A stretch of 64,000 bases of DNA, from the NCBI GenBank assembly GCA_965649295.1, contig CBFGKH010000008.1:1-64000 (forward strand), written 5' to 3'. Position 1 is the stretch's first letter. Every line of letters begins with the position of its first letter. The notes under the pieces were generated by a model. That model was given only the letters and a program-made list of their open reading frames with translations. It had not been told where the DNA came from and did not search any database. Of the stretch, positions 28,194-37,415 are shown piece by piece. The translations under genes and the position numbers were made by a program. Origin of the DNA: a candidate division WOR-3 bacterium (GTDB taxonomy: Bacteria; Hydrothermota; Tepidihabitantia; Tepidihabitantales; Tepidihabitantaceae).

Positions 28194-28955
28194 ATGATTC
28201 GCGAGCCCTTCACCAGTTTCCACAAGCATTACGACCGTTTCATGACCAAGTATGTTGACTATCGCGGCTGGGTGCACTATCTCGAACGGATATTCCGCCG
28301 CTTCGGCTGCTCACCGAGCTCGATTCTCGACCTAGCCTGCGGTACCGGCATTCCGACATTGCTGCTCGCCGAGCGCGGCTACCGGTTGACCGGGGTTGAC
28401 CGCTCGCCCGAGATGCTGGCTGAACTGGAGGCCAAGCGCGGCAACCTGCCGGTGAAGACGGTTCGGGCCGATATCCGCGACTTCACCGTGCCGGTGCCGC
28501 ACGACGTTGCTATCTGTCTTTATGACAGCATGAACTACCTGCTCACCGAGGACGACCTCATTCGCTGCTTCGGCTGTGTGCGCCGGGCAATCGTGCCGGC
28601 CGGGCTTTTTGTCTTTGATATGAACACCGAGTTCGGCTTGGCCGAATACTGGGGCAGCCGAAGCACGATTCGCGAGGTGGGCGGGGTCTATTCGGTTTGG
28701 GAGAACTCCTACGATACTGAGACGCGGGTCTCGACCCTGCACCTTACCTATTGGGAGCAGCCGGAGCCGGGCAAGGTCGGCCAGAAGTTTGAGGAGATTC
28801 ATCAGGAGCGCGCCTACCGGATTGACGAGGTTAGGCGCTGTCTCGAACAGACCGGATTTGAGGAGAGCCACTTCTTTCAGCACGGCTCGTTTCTGCCGGT
28901 GGCCCAGTTCACGACCCGGATGATGGTCGTCGCCCGCTCACCCCTCGACCACTGA
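28194..28955 (+). CDS. Class I SAM-dependent methyltransferase
   Basis: ILDLACGTG, GVDRS.EML, DSMNYL, FVFDMNT. Confidence 0.9.
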   Translation: MIREPFTSFHKHYDRFMTKYVDYRGWVHYLERIFRRFGCSPSSILDLACGTGIPTLLLAERGYRLTGVDRSPEMLAELEAKRGNLPVKTVRADIRDFTVPVPHDVAICLYDSMNYLLTEDDLIRCFGCVRRAIVPAGLFVFDMNTEFGLAEYWGSRSTIREVGGVYSVWENSYDTETRVSTLHLTYWEQPEPGKVGQKFEEIHQERAYRIDEVRRCLEQTGFEESHFFQHGSFLPVAQFTTRMMVVARSPLDH

Positions 28956-29021
28956 CGAACCGGCCTTCCGTCCACTTCTGTTTGCTTGACTGCACCGGCG
29001 GGCAACCTAGAATGGCGAACG

Positions 29022-30275
29022 ATGCGGTTCATTGCCGACCTCCACATCCATTCCCGTTTCTCCCGCGCCACCAGCCGCGAGATGGATATTCCCTCGCTCG
29101 CGGTTGCGGCCCGCACCAAGGGCATCAAGCTGGTTGCCACCGGCGACTTCACCCATCCCGAGTGGTTCCGGCTGCTCCGAGAACAGTTGCAGCCGGTCGG
29201 CAACGGCCTCTTTGTCCACGACGACACTTACTTTATTCTCAATGTTGAGCTGAATGGCATCTACAGCCAGGGCGGCCGGCTGCGCCGGATTCACAACATC
29301 GTCTTTGTGCCGAGCTTTGAGACTGCCGCTGCCTTGACTAAGTGGCTGGACGGCTACGGCAAGCTTGCCGCTGATGGCAGGCCGACAATCAGCCTATCTT
29401 CGCGCGACCTACTGGCCAAGCTCCTTGAGATTGACGACCGCGCCTTTCTGGTGCCGGCCCATATCTGGACACCCTGGTTTTCGCTTTTCGGCTCCAATTC
29501 GGGGTTCGACTCGATTGAGGAGTGTTTTGGCGACCTGGCCGGCGAGGTCTTTGCGGTTGAAACCGGCCTTTCCAGCGACCCGCCGATGAACTGGCGGCTC
29601 TCGGCCCTTGACAGCCGGACGCTGGTTTCGAACTCTGATGCCCACTCGCCGAACCGGCTCGGCCGCGAGGCAAACATCTTTGACTGCGAGCTGGCCTACG
29701 ATGCCATCCGCGACACCCTGAAGCAGAAGGACCCCAAGCGGTTCCTCGGGACGATCGAGTTCTTTCCCGAAGAGGGCAAGTATCATTACGACGGCCACCG
29801 CGCCTGTAATGTCAGCCTGGCACCGGCAGACGCGCTCGCCCACGACAATCTCTGTCCAATCTGCGGCCGGCAACTGACCATCGGCGTGCTCCACCGCGTC
29901 GAGGAACTTGCCGACCGCCGGCCTGGCCAGGTACCGGCCAATGTCATACCCTACCGCCATCTCGTGCCGCTCGAAGAGATTATCGCCGAGGCGCTCGGGG
30001 TGGGCCGCGACACCGCGGCGGTTACCAAGCTCTATCAGGCAATGGTTCAGGACCTGGGGCCGGAGTTTACCATCCTGCTCGACGTGCCGACTACCGAGAT
30101 TGCTCGCCACAACGAGCAGGTGGCCGAAGGCATCGAGCGGATGCGGCGCGGCGAGGTCACTGCCATCGCCGGCTACGACGGCGTCTTTGGCATCATCAAG
30201 GTTCTGCCCGGACCAGTACCGTCCCATCCGACCAGCACTGGCGAGCCTGGCCAGCAACTGGGACTCTTCCGATGA
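29022..30275 (+). CDS. Endonuclease Q family protein (PHP domain plus Zn finger)
   Basis: ADLHIHSRFS, TGDFTHP, PAHIWTPWFS, SNSDAHS, GKYHYDGHR.C, CP.CG..LT.GVLHRV. Confidence 0.9.
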   Translation: MRFIADLHIHSRFSRATSREMDIPSLAVAARTKGIKLVATGDFTHPEWFRLLREQLQPVGNGLFVHDDTYFILNVELNGIYSQGGRLRRIHNIVFVPSFETAAALTKWLDGYGKLAADGRPTISLSSRDLLAKLLEIDDRAFLVPAHIWTPWFSLFGSNSGFDSIEECFGDLAGEVFAVETGLSSDPPMNWRLSALDSRTLVSNSDAHSPNRLGREANIFDCELAYDAIRDTLKQKDPKRFLGTIEFFPEEGKYHYDGHRACNVSLAPADALAHDNLCPICGRQLTIGVLHRVEELADRRPGQVPANVIPYRHLVPLEEIIAEALGVGRDTAAVTKLYQAMVQDLGPEFTILLDVPTTEIARHNEQVAEGIERMRRGEVTAIAGYDGVFGIIKVLPGPVPSHPTSTGEPGQQLGLFR

Positions 30276-30808
30276 GAAAAAATCTCTGGGCGCCGTGGCG
30301 GGCCGAGTACATCTACTGCGCCGGCGGCAACAAGCCGTCGGCTGACCGGCGCCACTGCCTGTTCTGTCGGCTCTGGGGCGCCAAGGACGACGAAGCGAAC
30401 CTGATTCTCTACCGGGGCCAACGGGCCTTTGTCGTTATGAACCGGTTTCCCTACAACAACGGCCATCTGATGGTGGCACCGGTGCGCCACGCCGACACAC
30501 TGGAGAAACTGCTGCCCGGCGATACTGCCGAACTGATGCAACTGGTCAGCCGCTCCTTGACAATTTTGCGCCGGACTTTCAACCCGCACGGCTTCAACCT
30601 CGGCGCCAACCTCGGTCAAGTTGCCGGCGCGGGCGTGGCCGGCCACGTCCATCTCCACATCGTGCCGCGCTGGAACGGCGACACCAACTTCATGCCCATT
30701 CTGGCTGAGACCAAGGTCATCAGCGAACACCTTGCCGACACCTACCACCGCCTGCGGCCGGGGTTTCAGAAGAACCACAAAGAACACAAAGACACTAAGA
30801 GGACATAG
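30272..30808 (+). CDS. HIT family hydrolase
   Basis: LWAPWR, N.FPYNNGHLM, HVHLHIVPRW.GDTNF. Confidence 0.93.
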   Translation: MRKNLWAPWRAEYIYCAGGNKPSADRRHCLFCRLWGAKDDEANLILYRGQRAFVVMNRFPYNNGHLMVAPVRHADTLEKLLPGDTAELMQLVSRSLTILRRTFNPHGFNLGANLGQVAGAGVAGHVHLHIVPRWNGDTNFMPILAETKVISEHLADTYHRLRPGFQKNHKEHKDTKRT

Positions 30809-30872
30809 GGCCGACGTGGGGCCGAAGCAGAACGGCTTGGACAGAATCACAAAGAGCACAGCGACACTAAGA
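30771..30872 (+). repeat. Two 30-nt direct repeats (left arms of the GxxExxY cassette)
   Basis: AGAACCACAAAGAACACAAAGACACTAAGA (30771-30800) vs AGAATCACAAAGAGCACAGCGACACTAAGA (30843-30872), 26/30 identical. Confidence 0.85.
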
Positions 30873-30877
30873 AGATA

Positions 30878-31288
30878 TTGATTACCAGCGAGCAGTCAGG
30901 GTTCGCGCCAGTCCCGGCCGAACTCGAAAGAATCGCCAGCGAAGTTGTTGACGCGGCCTATCGCGTCCATCGCGCTCTCGGCCCGGGATTGCTTGAATCG
31001 GTATATGAGGTGTGTCTTGCTCACGAATTGCGCAAGCGCGACCTCTGCGTCGCCACGCAGGTCGCTGTTCCCATCTGCTATGACGGAGAGAAGCTCGATG
31101 CCAGTCTGCGCCTCGACATGCTCGTCAACGACGCTCTCGTCGTCGAGGTCAAAGCCGTGGACCGACTCGCGCCGATTCACTCGGCGCAGCTCATCACCTA
31201 CCTCAAACTGAGCAACAGACGCCTCGGCCTGCTTATCAACTTCAACTCAACCCGCATCAAGGACGGAATCAGTCGTGTCGTCCTCTAA
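30878..31288 (+). CDS. GxxExxY protein (PD-(D/E)XK-like fold)
   Basis: VHRALGPGLLESVYE, RLDMLV...VVEVKA, QLITYLK, GLLINF. Confidence 0.93.
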   Translation: MITSEQSGFAPVPAELERIASEVVDAAYRVHRALGPGLLESVYEVCLAHELRKRDLCVATQVAVPICYDGEKLDASLRLDMLVNDALVVEVKAVDRLAPIHSAQLITYLKLSNRRLGLLINFNSTRIKDGISRVVL

Positions 31289-31316
31289 CCTTTGTGGCTT
31301 TGTGTTCTTCGTGGTT
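31289..31316 (-). repeat. Inverted copy of the upstream repeat (right arm of the GxxExxY cassette)
   Basis: Reverse complement AACCACGAAGAACACAAAGCCACAAAGG matches 30773-30800 at 24/28. Confidence 0.85.
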
Positions 31317-31338
31317 ATCTTCCTTTTGGAGGTGACGA

Positions 31339-32076
31339 ATGATTAAGGCCGTGGTCTTTGACGTTGACAACACCCTCGTTGACTTCATGAAAATGAAAAA
31401 CGCGGCAGTGGACACGGCAATCGAGGCGATGATTGACGCCGGGCTCGACCTCACCCCCCGTCAGGCCCGCCGCCAGATTGACGCCATCTACAAAGAGAAG
31501 GGCATCGAATACCAGCAGGTCTTTGACGACTTTCTCACCGCGGTGCTCGGCGAAATTGACTACCGGATTCTCGCCAACGGCATCCTTGCCTACCGCCGCG
31601 CCCGCGAGGGCACGCTCCTCGCCTACCCCCATGTCCGTATCGCCCTGCTCAAGCTCAGCCGGATGGGCCTGCGGCTCGGCGTCGTCTCTGACGCGCCCAA
31701 ACTGCAGGCCTGGATGCGGCTCTGCTCGCTCGGCGTTGACGCCTTCTTCGACGCAGTCGTCACCTTTGACGACACCGGCGTACGCAAGCCCGCGCCCGAA
31801 CCGTTCCAAAAGGCGCTGGAGCTACTGGCCGTGAAGCCGGAAGAGGCGGTGATGGTCGGCGACTGGGCCGAACGCGACATCGTTGGCGCAAGCCGCATCG
31901 GCATGCACACTGTCTTTGCCCGCTACGGCGACACCTTTGGCACCAAAAACACCGGCGCCGACTTTGAGATTGACGACATCCTCCAGCTCATCCCGGTTAT
32001 CGAGAAGCTCAACCGGTCTGGTGCCCGACCGGGCCGCCGCGAGGCCCGGCCCAAGTCCCGCAAGCGGCCGTGGTGA
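31339..32076 (+). CDS. HAD-superfamily hydrolase (subfamily IA)
   Basis: FDVDNTL, VVSD, KP.PEPF, MVGDW..RDI.GA. Confidence 0.92.
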   Translation: MIKAVVFDVDNTLVDFMKMKNAAVDTAIEAMIDAGLDLTPRQARRQIDAIYKEKGIEYQQVFDDFLTAVLGEIDYRILANGILAYRRAREGTLLAYPHVRIALLKLSRMGLRLGVVSDAPKLQAWMRLCSLGVDAFFDAVVTFDDTGVRKPAPEPFQKALELLAVKPEEAVMVGDWAERDIVGASRIGMHTVFARYGDTFGTKNTGADFEIDDILQLIPVIEKLNRSGARPGRREARPKSRKRPW

Positions 32077-32089
32077 GCGATGCGTCTGA

Positions 32090-32176
32090 TTCAACACCAA
32101 GACACACCCTGCCTGAACCAGACCAGCCTGCTGCCTGCTCAGCCCCGGTTGGTGTGCTTGGTGCCTTGGTGGTGAA
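32090..32176. repeat. Imperfect inverted repeat of CACCAAG units without cargo gene
   Basis: TTCAACACCAAGACAC ... GTGCCTTGGTGGTGAA. Confidence 0.6.
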
Positions 32177-32178
32177 CA

Positions 32179-32550
32179 ATGGCCGTCTTTGGCGTCGGCA
32201 CTGACTTGGTCAAGGTCGGCCGGATTCGGGCCGCGCTCGAACGCTATCCAACCCGATTCCGCACCCGCATCTTCACCCCGGCCGAGATTCGGTTCTGCGA
32301 AAGCCTTGGCAACAAGTGGCCGTCCTATGCCGGCCGGTTTGCCGCCAAAGAGGCTTTCTCCAAGGCGCTCGGCACTGGCCTGCGCGGCGCCATCAACTGG
32401 ACCGATGTCGAAATCGTTGACAACGAGCGCACCCGGCCCACAATCCGCGTCACCGGCCGCGCGGCTGAGATTCTCGGCAGCCGCCGCGTCCATCTCAGCA
32501 TCTCCCATCTCGACGACTACGCCACCGCTGTCGTCATCATCGAAGAGTAG
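32179..32550 (+). CDS. acpS: Holo-ACP synthase
   Basis: GVGTDLV, AGRFAAKEAFSKALGTG, HLSISH. Confidence 0.96.
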   Translation: MAVFGVGTDLVKVGRIRAALERYPTRFRTRIFTPAEIRFCESLGNKWPSYAGRFAAKEAFSKALGTGLRGAINWTDVEIVDNERTRPTIRVTGRAAEILGSRRVHLSISHLDDYATAVVIIEE

Positions 32551-32648
32551 TTCCCGGCTAGCGGACTGAGCGGTAACCACAAGGTCCGTCTTTCTCCGAA
32601 ACAGCTCTTCTTGCGTCCCTCTTGGTGACTATCCTGTTGGGACGCTCG

Positions 32649-32900
32649 GTCGCAAAGGCCGCCATAAGCCCGGCCGCGAAGCTGCCGGCAGGCACTCTCG
32701 CAAGCATCGGCGATAGCTCAAGTGGAAGCCCCCTCGAAAGCAGACGGAGAGACCCGGGGCATAGGGCCGTTGCAAGCTCAATCAGAATCTCTGCCGAAGG
32801 CCCGGTCGGAAAGACAGTCGCAAACGCGTCCCCGAGCGCGGTCGCAAGCCCATCCGCAGACACCTTCAAAGACCACTCCGGAGACCATCCCCGGGACGCC
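32649..32900 (+). repeat. Degenerate 12-nt periodic array, about 21 units, consensus near GTCGCAAGCnCn
   Basis: Units such as gtcgcaaaggcc, ctcgcaagcatc, gttgcaagctca, gtcgcaaacgcg and gtcgcaagccca all fall in one 12-nt phase. Confidence 0.65.
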
Positions 32901-33179
32901 CTAGGGTGGTTGGTGCCATTGGCGATATCTGGTTGACAAATTGCCGCTTAGACCAGCTTTGGCCATCACCGGCCCGTGGCCTAACTCTATACTTCGCCGT
33001 CACGCCGCCAGCAAAGATTCCCTGCACAAAACCAGCCCGCTGTTTGTATAACAGGTGGGTCGCCGCAGTCGGCCTGCCCATTGACTTCACTTCGCGGCGT
33101 TCTAAGACTACGTTTGCAGGTATGCAATAACAACGATGAAATTGCAGCCGACTACAAACCGTGATTCCGGGGGCCGACG

Positions 33180-33965
33180 ATGATGAAACACCAGACGGTG
33201 TTGGTTGTACAGCACCTTGAGCGCGTTGCAGGGGCAGCGTTGGAAGAATTCCCCGAAGCCCTGCGCGACTTCCTCCGGGGCAAGAATGGAGTCTATGCGC
33301 TATACAACGGTGACCGGCTGTACTACGTCGGACTGGCCCGCAACCTGCGTTCGCGCCTGCGCAGGCATCTTCGGGACCGCCACGCAAAAAAGTGGGACAG
33401 GTTTAGCATCTACCTGACAGCCGGCGATGAACACCTCAAGGAACTGGAGTCGCTGGTGCTGCGCATAGCCGCGCCGAGGGGCAATCGGGTCGTCGGCAAG
33501 TTTCGCGCTTCCGAAGACCTGAGCAGCAAGTTCCGTCATGGCCTAATGGCCAGCCTGAGTCGCAAGGTAGACGAGATCACGGACTGGGCCGAAACAGCCG
33601 CCAATCCTGTGGCGGCGCGAGCCGGACTCAAGGCGGCCGCCACGCGGCGGTCGGGGCAAGAGGTCGATGAGAGCCGCAAGGCCATTCTTGCCTCCTATAC
33701 TAAGAAGCGGTTCCACATCAGGCTCAGCCACAAGGGGCAGCAGTACATCGCGCACGTTCGCAGCAACGGTACCATAGTTTTCAGCCGTGAGAGCGCCGAC
33801 TGGGCCCGGCTACGCAAAAGCGTATACTACTCCCCAAGCTCGGCCGCGCGGGCCGTTGTCGGTCACGCAGTGAACGGCTGGGCCGCGTGGCACTTCTGGA
33901 GTACAAAAGGCGAGCTTGTGCCGTTGGACGCGCTTCGTAAAGGCCATGCAACGCCGAAATTCTAG
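33180..33965 (+). CDS. GIY-YIG nuclease with C-terminal RAMA-like domain
   Basis: GVYALY...LYYVGLA.NLRSRL..H, ELESL; C-terminal SPSSAARAVVG..VNGW..W. Confidence 0.78.
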   Translation: MMKHQTVLVVQHLERVAGAALEEFPEALRDFLRGKNGVYALYNGDRLYYVGLARNLRSRLRRHLRDRHAKKWDRFSIYLTAGDEHLKELESLVLRIAAPRGNRVVGKFRASEDLSSKFRHGLMASLSRKVDEITDWAETAANPVAARAGLKAAATRRSGQEVDESRKAILASYTKKRFHIRLSHKGQQYIAHVRSNGTIVFSRESADWARLRKSVYYSPSSAARAVVGHAVNGWAAWHFWSTKGELVPLDALRKGHATPKF

Positions 33966-34186
33966 CAACACGCAGCAATCAGGAGGGGTTGAGGAATGAA
34001 GACTTCTTGGCATGTTGCCACCGCGGCTGCTTCTCGCTGCTCAAGTGCTGGCTAGGGCGTTTTTCTTCTGTCTTGGCGATTATCAGATAACTATCAGTCT
34101 GACAATGCGTTAGACCGGCTGCCCCGCCTTGGGGCCACTGCTAGCGATATTGACAGCCAGCAGGCTGGCTATATTCTTGCGCCGCG

Positions 34187-36604
34187 ATGGCTAAGATAAC
34201 CACGGTCAAATCGAAGGCCAAGAAGGCCGCTGCTGTGGCTGAGACGAGCCCGAACCCGGTCGAGGAGCAGAAGGCCACAAAGCGGCTGCGTGACCTCTTG
34301 ATTGTCGAGTCGCCAACCAAGGCGCATACGATTCAGCGGCTACTGCACAACCGGTTGCGGGTGCTATCGTCCCGCGGCCATATTGCCGACCTGCCCAAGT
34401 CCCGGCTCGGGGTTGATATCGAACACGGCTTTGAGCCGGAGTACATCCGGATTCGGGGCAAGGCACCCATCATCAATGAGCTGAAAACGGCAGCCCGGGC
34501 CGCGCGGACTGTCTTTATCGGCTGTGACCCGGACCGCGAGGGAGAAGCGATAGCGTACTCGGTCGCGTTCGAGGTCAGCAATGGGGCAGCAGGAGAAAAG
34601 GCAGAAGCAAAGAGCCAAGAGCCAAAAGGCAAAGCGCAAGCAGCCGGGCCAGAGATTAGGCGGGTGCTGTTTTACGAGATTACTCCCAAGGGGCTGAAAG
34701 AGGCATTTGCCAACCCCACCGATATTGATATGAGGAAGGTCGAGTCCCACCGAGCCCGACGGGTGCTCGACCGCTTGGTCGGCTATCTTGTCTCGCCGCT
34801 TTTGTGGAAAATTGTCCGGGGCGGATTGTCAGCCGGCCGGGTGCAGACCGTTGCCCTGCGCCTGATTGTTGAGCGCGAGCGGGAGATTGCCGCTTTCCAG
34901 CCGCAGGAATACTGGGTTGTCCGCGCCCTCTTTGCCCGGGCGAGCGGGGAGACGTTTGAGGCCCAACTGGCCAAAATCGGCGGCGCCGACTTCAAGCTCA
35001 CGAGCGAGGCCGAGGTGGCAAAGATTGGCGCTGCCCTTGAGCAGGCCGACTGCCGCGTCAGCGCTGTCCGGGAGCGACAGCGGCCGCGCCGGCCATTGCC
35101 GCCCTTTATCACCGCCACGCTCCAACAGGACGCTGCCCAGCGGCTCGGCTTTGCTGCCCGGCGGACAATGCGGGCAGCCCAGGAGCTATTTGAGGGGATT
35201 GACCTGGGTAAGGAGACCGCCGGTCTTATCACCTATCCGCGCACCGACTCGTTCCGGGTGGCAGACGAGTTTGTCGCGGCGACGCGCGATTTCATCGCCA
35301 AGGACTACGGCCCCAATTACCTGCCAGAGAAGCCACGCCACTACCCTGACCGCAAAGGCACCCAGGGCGCCCACGAGGCAATCCGACCAACCAGTATCGA
35401 GCGCACACCCGCCGCGGTGAAGAAGTATCTGACTCAGGACCAGTTCCGGATTTATGACCTTATCTACCGCCGGTTTCTGGCCAGCCAGATGGCCGATGCC
35501 ATCTATGAACTGACCGAGGTCGAAGTGACTGCTGGCGAGTACCTGTTCCGGGCCGATGCCGTGCGCCGGAGGTTTGCCGGTTGTGAGGAGGTCTATGGCG
35601 ACCCGGACAAGGAAAAGACCCTGCCACCGCTCGTTGCCGGCGAAGCGGTAAAGTTGGCCGAGTTCCGGCCTGAACAGAAGTTTACCCAGCCGCCGCCGCG
35701 CTACAGCGAGGCAACGCTCATCAAGCGGCTCGAAACCAACGGCATCGGCCGGCCCTCAACCTATGCGACGATTATCTCGGTGCTCTTTGACCGGAAGTAT
35801 GTCGAGCGCAAGGAAGGCCGGCTCTACCCAACCGAGCTCGGCATGACGGTCTATGACGTGTTGATACCCCGTTTTGCCAATGTCTTTGAGCTTGGCTTCA
35901 CCCGCGAGATGGAACGCGAGCTCGACGGTATCGAGGAAGGAACCGAGGACTGGCGAACGGTCGTCAACCGGTTCTATCTGCCCTTCAAAGAGGATTTGGA
36001 CAGAGTTACCGAGGGCGCTGCCGATATCCGTCAGGACCTGAGCCGCGAGCTCGACGAGCAGTGCCCGGTCTGTGGCGCTAAACTGGCCGAGCGCTGGGGC
36101 CGGTATGGCAAGTTCATTGCCTGCTCGAAATACCCGGACTGTAAATACATCAAGAAGGAACCGGCTAAGACCCTTGACGAGAAGTGCCCGGAATGTGGCC
36201 GGCCCCTGGTCGAGCGGCAGGGCCGGTTTGGCCCGTTTGTCGCCTGTTCTGGTTACCCGGAATGCAAGTACATCAAGAAGGAGACGAGCTCCCCGCCAGC
36301 CGACAACAAATGCCCGCGCTGTGGCAAGCCGCTCGTACCCAGACGCGGCCGCTTTGGTTCGTTTCTCGGCTGCTCGGGTTATCCGGAGTGCAAGTATCTC
36401 GTGCGGGTCAAGGGTGCTGAACCGAAGCCGCTGGACGAGAAGTGTCCGGTGTGCGGCAAAGGACTGGTCGAGCGGCAGGGCCGGTTCGGCCCGTTTGTCG
36501 CCTGTTCTGGCTACCCAAAGTGCCGCTACATTCGGAAAGAGCGGGCGCGGGGGAAAGCCGCAACCGACCAAGCCAGCGCGGCGGCGAAAGGAGCGCAGGA
36601 ATGA
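34187..36604 (+). CDS. topA: DNA topoisomerase I with four C-terminal Zn ribbons
   Basis: IVESPTKA, DPDREGE, SAGRVQ, GLITYPRTDS, GIGRPSTYA, 4x CP.CG...GRFG.F..CS.YP.C. Confidence 0.97.
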   Translation: MAKITTVKSKAKKAAAVAETSPNPVEEQKATKRLRDLLIVESPTKAHTIQRLLHNRLRVLSSRGHIADLPKSRLGVDIEHGFEPEYIRIRGKAPIINELKTAARAARTVFIGCDPDREGEAIAYSVAFEVSNGAAGEKAEAKSQEPKGKAQAAGPEIRRVLFYEITPKGLKEAFANPTDIDMRKVESHRARRVLDRLVGYLVSPLLWKIVRGGLSAGRVQTVALRLIVEREREIAAFQPQEYWVVRALFARASGETFEAQLAKIGGADFKLTSEAEVAKIGAALEQADCRVSAVRERQRPRRPLPPFITATLQQDAAQRLGFAARRTMRAAQELFEGIDLGKETAGLITYPRTDSFRVADEFVAATRDFIAKDYGPNYLPEKPRHYPDRKGTQGAHEAIRPTSIERTPAAVKKYLTQDQFRIYDLIYRRFLASQMADAIYELTEVEVTAGEYLFRADAVRRRFAGCEEVYGDPDKEKTLPPLVAGEAVKLAEFRPEQKFTQPPPRYSEATLIKRLETNGIGRPSTYATIISVLFDRKYVERKEGRLYPTELGMTVYDVLIPRFANVFELGFTREMERELDGIEEGTEDWRTVVNRFYLPFKEDLDRVTEGAADIRQDLSRELDEQCPVCGAKLAERWGRYGKFIACSKYPDCKYIKKEPAKTLDEKCPECGRPLVERQGRFGPFVACSGYPECKYIKKETSSPPADNKCPRCGKPLVPRRGRFGSFLGCSGYPECKYLVRVKGAEPKPLDEKCPVCGKGLVERQGRFGPFVACSGYPKCRYIRKERARGKAATDQASAAAKGAQE

Positions 36605-37029
36605 AGGCAGTAAAGAACGGCTCCTACTGGCTGCTCAAGCTCGAACCCGGCGAGGAGGTCATCACCACCCTCGCCCACTTTCTTCGCCAGAACCGGGTGC
36701 GGTCTGGGCTGGTGACTGGCATCGGCGCTGCCAAGAACATCGTGCTGGGTTGGTTCGACCCGACTAGCCGCAGCTATCGCCAGCGCCGGTTTCGCGGCGA
36801 TTATGAGCTTGCCGCCCTGGTCGGCAACACCGCTTGGGCTGGTTCTGACCCGGTTGCCCATATCCACGCGGTCATTGCCGGGCCGCGGCTGAGCTGCTAC
36901 GCCGGCCACCTCTTTGCCGCCGAGGTCACCGTGACCGCTGAACTTACGCTGGTCAGCGGTACCAAGCGACTTTACCGGGCTCTCGACCCCCGGTCTGGCC
37001 TCAAGCTGCTCGACCTCGGGACCGGCTAG
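36601..37029 (+). CDS. PPC/DUF296 domain protein
   Basis: L.PGEE, GIGA, HIHAVI, AGHL. Confidence 0.88.
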   Translation: MKAVKNGSYWLLKLEPGEEVITTLAHFLRQNRVRSGLVTGIGAAKNIVLGWFDPTSRSYRQRRFRGDYELAALVGNTAWAGSDPVAHIHAVIAGPRLSCYAGHLFAAEVTVTAELTLVSGTKRLYRALDPRSGLKLLDLGTG

Positions 37030-37154
37030 TCCGAACCTACTGCCTTTCTCCTTGACTTTTCTTTGTCATGTTGATACACTGCTAACGTCTGCAAAATCTG
37101 TCCTAATGACGGCCCAGCCGGAAGGCCGGCTGCGAAAACCCGCAGGAGGAACTG

Positions 37155-37397
37155 ATGGCTCTGATTGATGATGTCAAAAACATCATTGTAGAACAGCTCC
37201 ATGTGACGCCCGAGAAGGTCACCGACACTGCCCATTTTGTGGACGACCTCGGTGCCGACTCGCTCGACATTGTTGAACTCGTAATGGCCTTTGAAGAGAA
37301 GTTCGGGGTTGAGATTCCCGACGAAGATTCGCAGCAGCTCGTCACCGTCGGCAAGGCGGTCGAGTACCTCGAAAAGAAGCTGGCTGAGAAGAAGTAG
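37155..37397 (+). CDS. acpP: Acyl carrier protein
   Basis: [19 protein letters not shown]. Confidence 0.97.
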   Translation: MALIDDVKNIIVEQLHVTPEKVTDTAHFVDDLGADSLDIVELVMAFEEKFGVEIPDEDSQQLVTVGKAVEYLEKKLAEKK

Positions 37398-37415
37398 CTT
37401 CTTTTGCCCAGCCGC

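Noticed and set aside
30771..30872. Two 30-nt repeats with a 42-nt spacer, resembling a mini-CRISPR
   Set aside because: Only two imperfect units, internally repetitive, with an inverted copy after the next gene and no cas genes; better explained as cassette arms.
36170..36530. Near-identical DNA repeats that could be a DGR template/variable pair
   Set aside because: They encode the tandem TopA Zn ribbons, differences are not adenine-specific, and there is no reverse transcriptase in the window.
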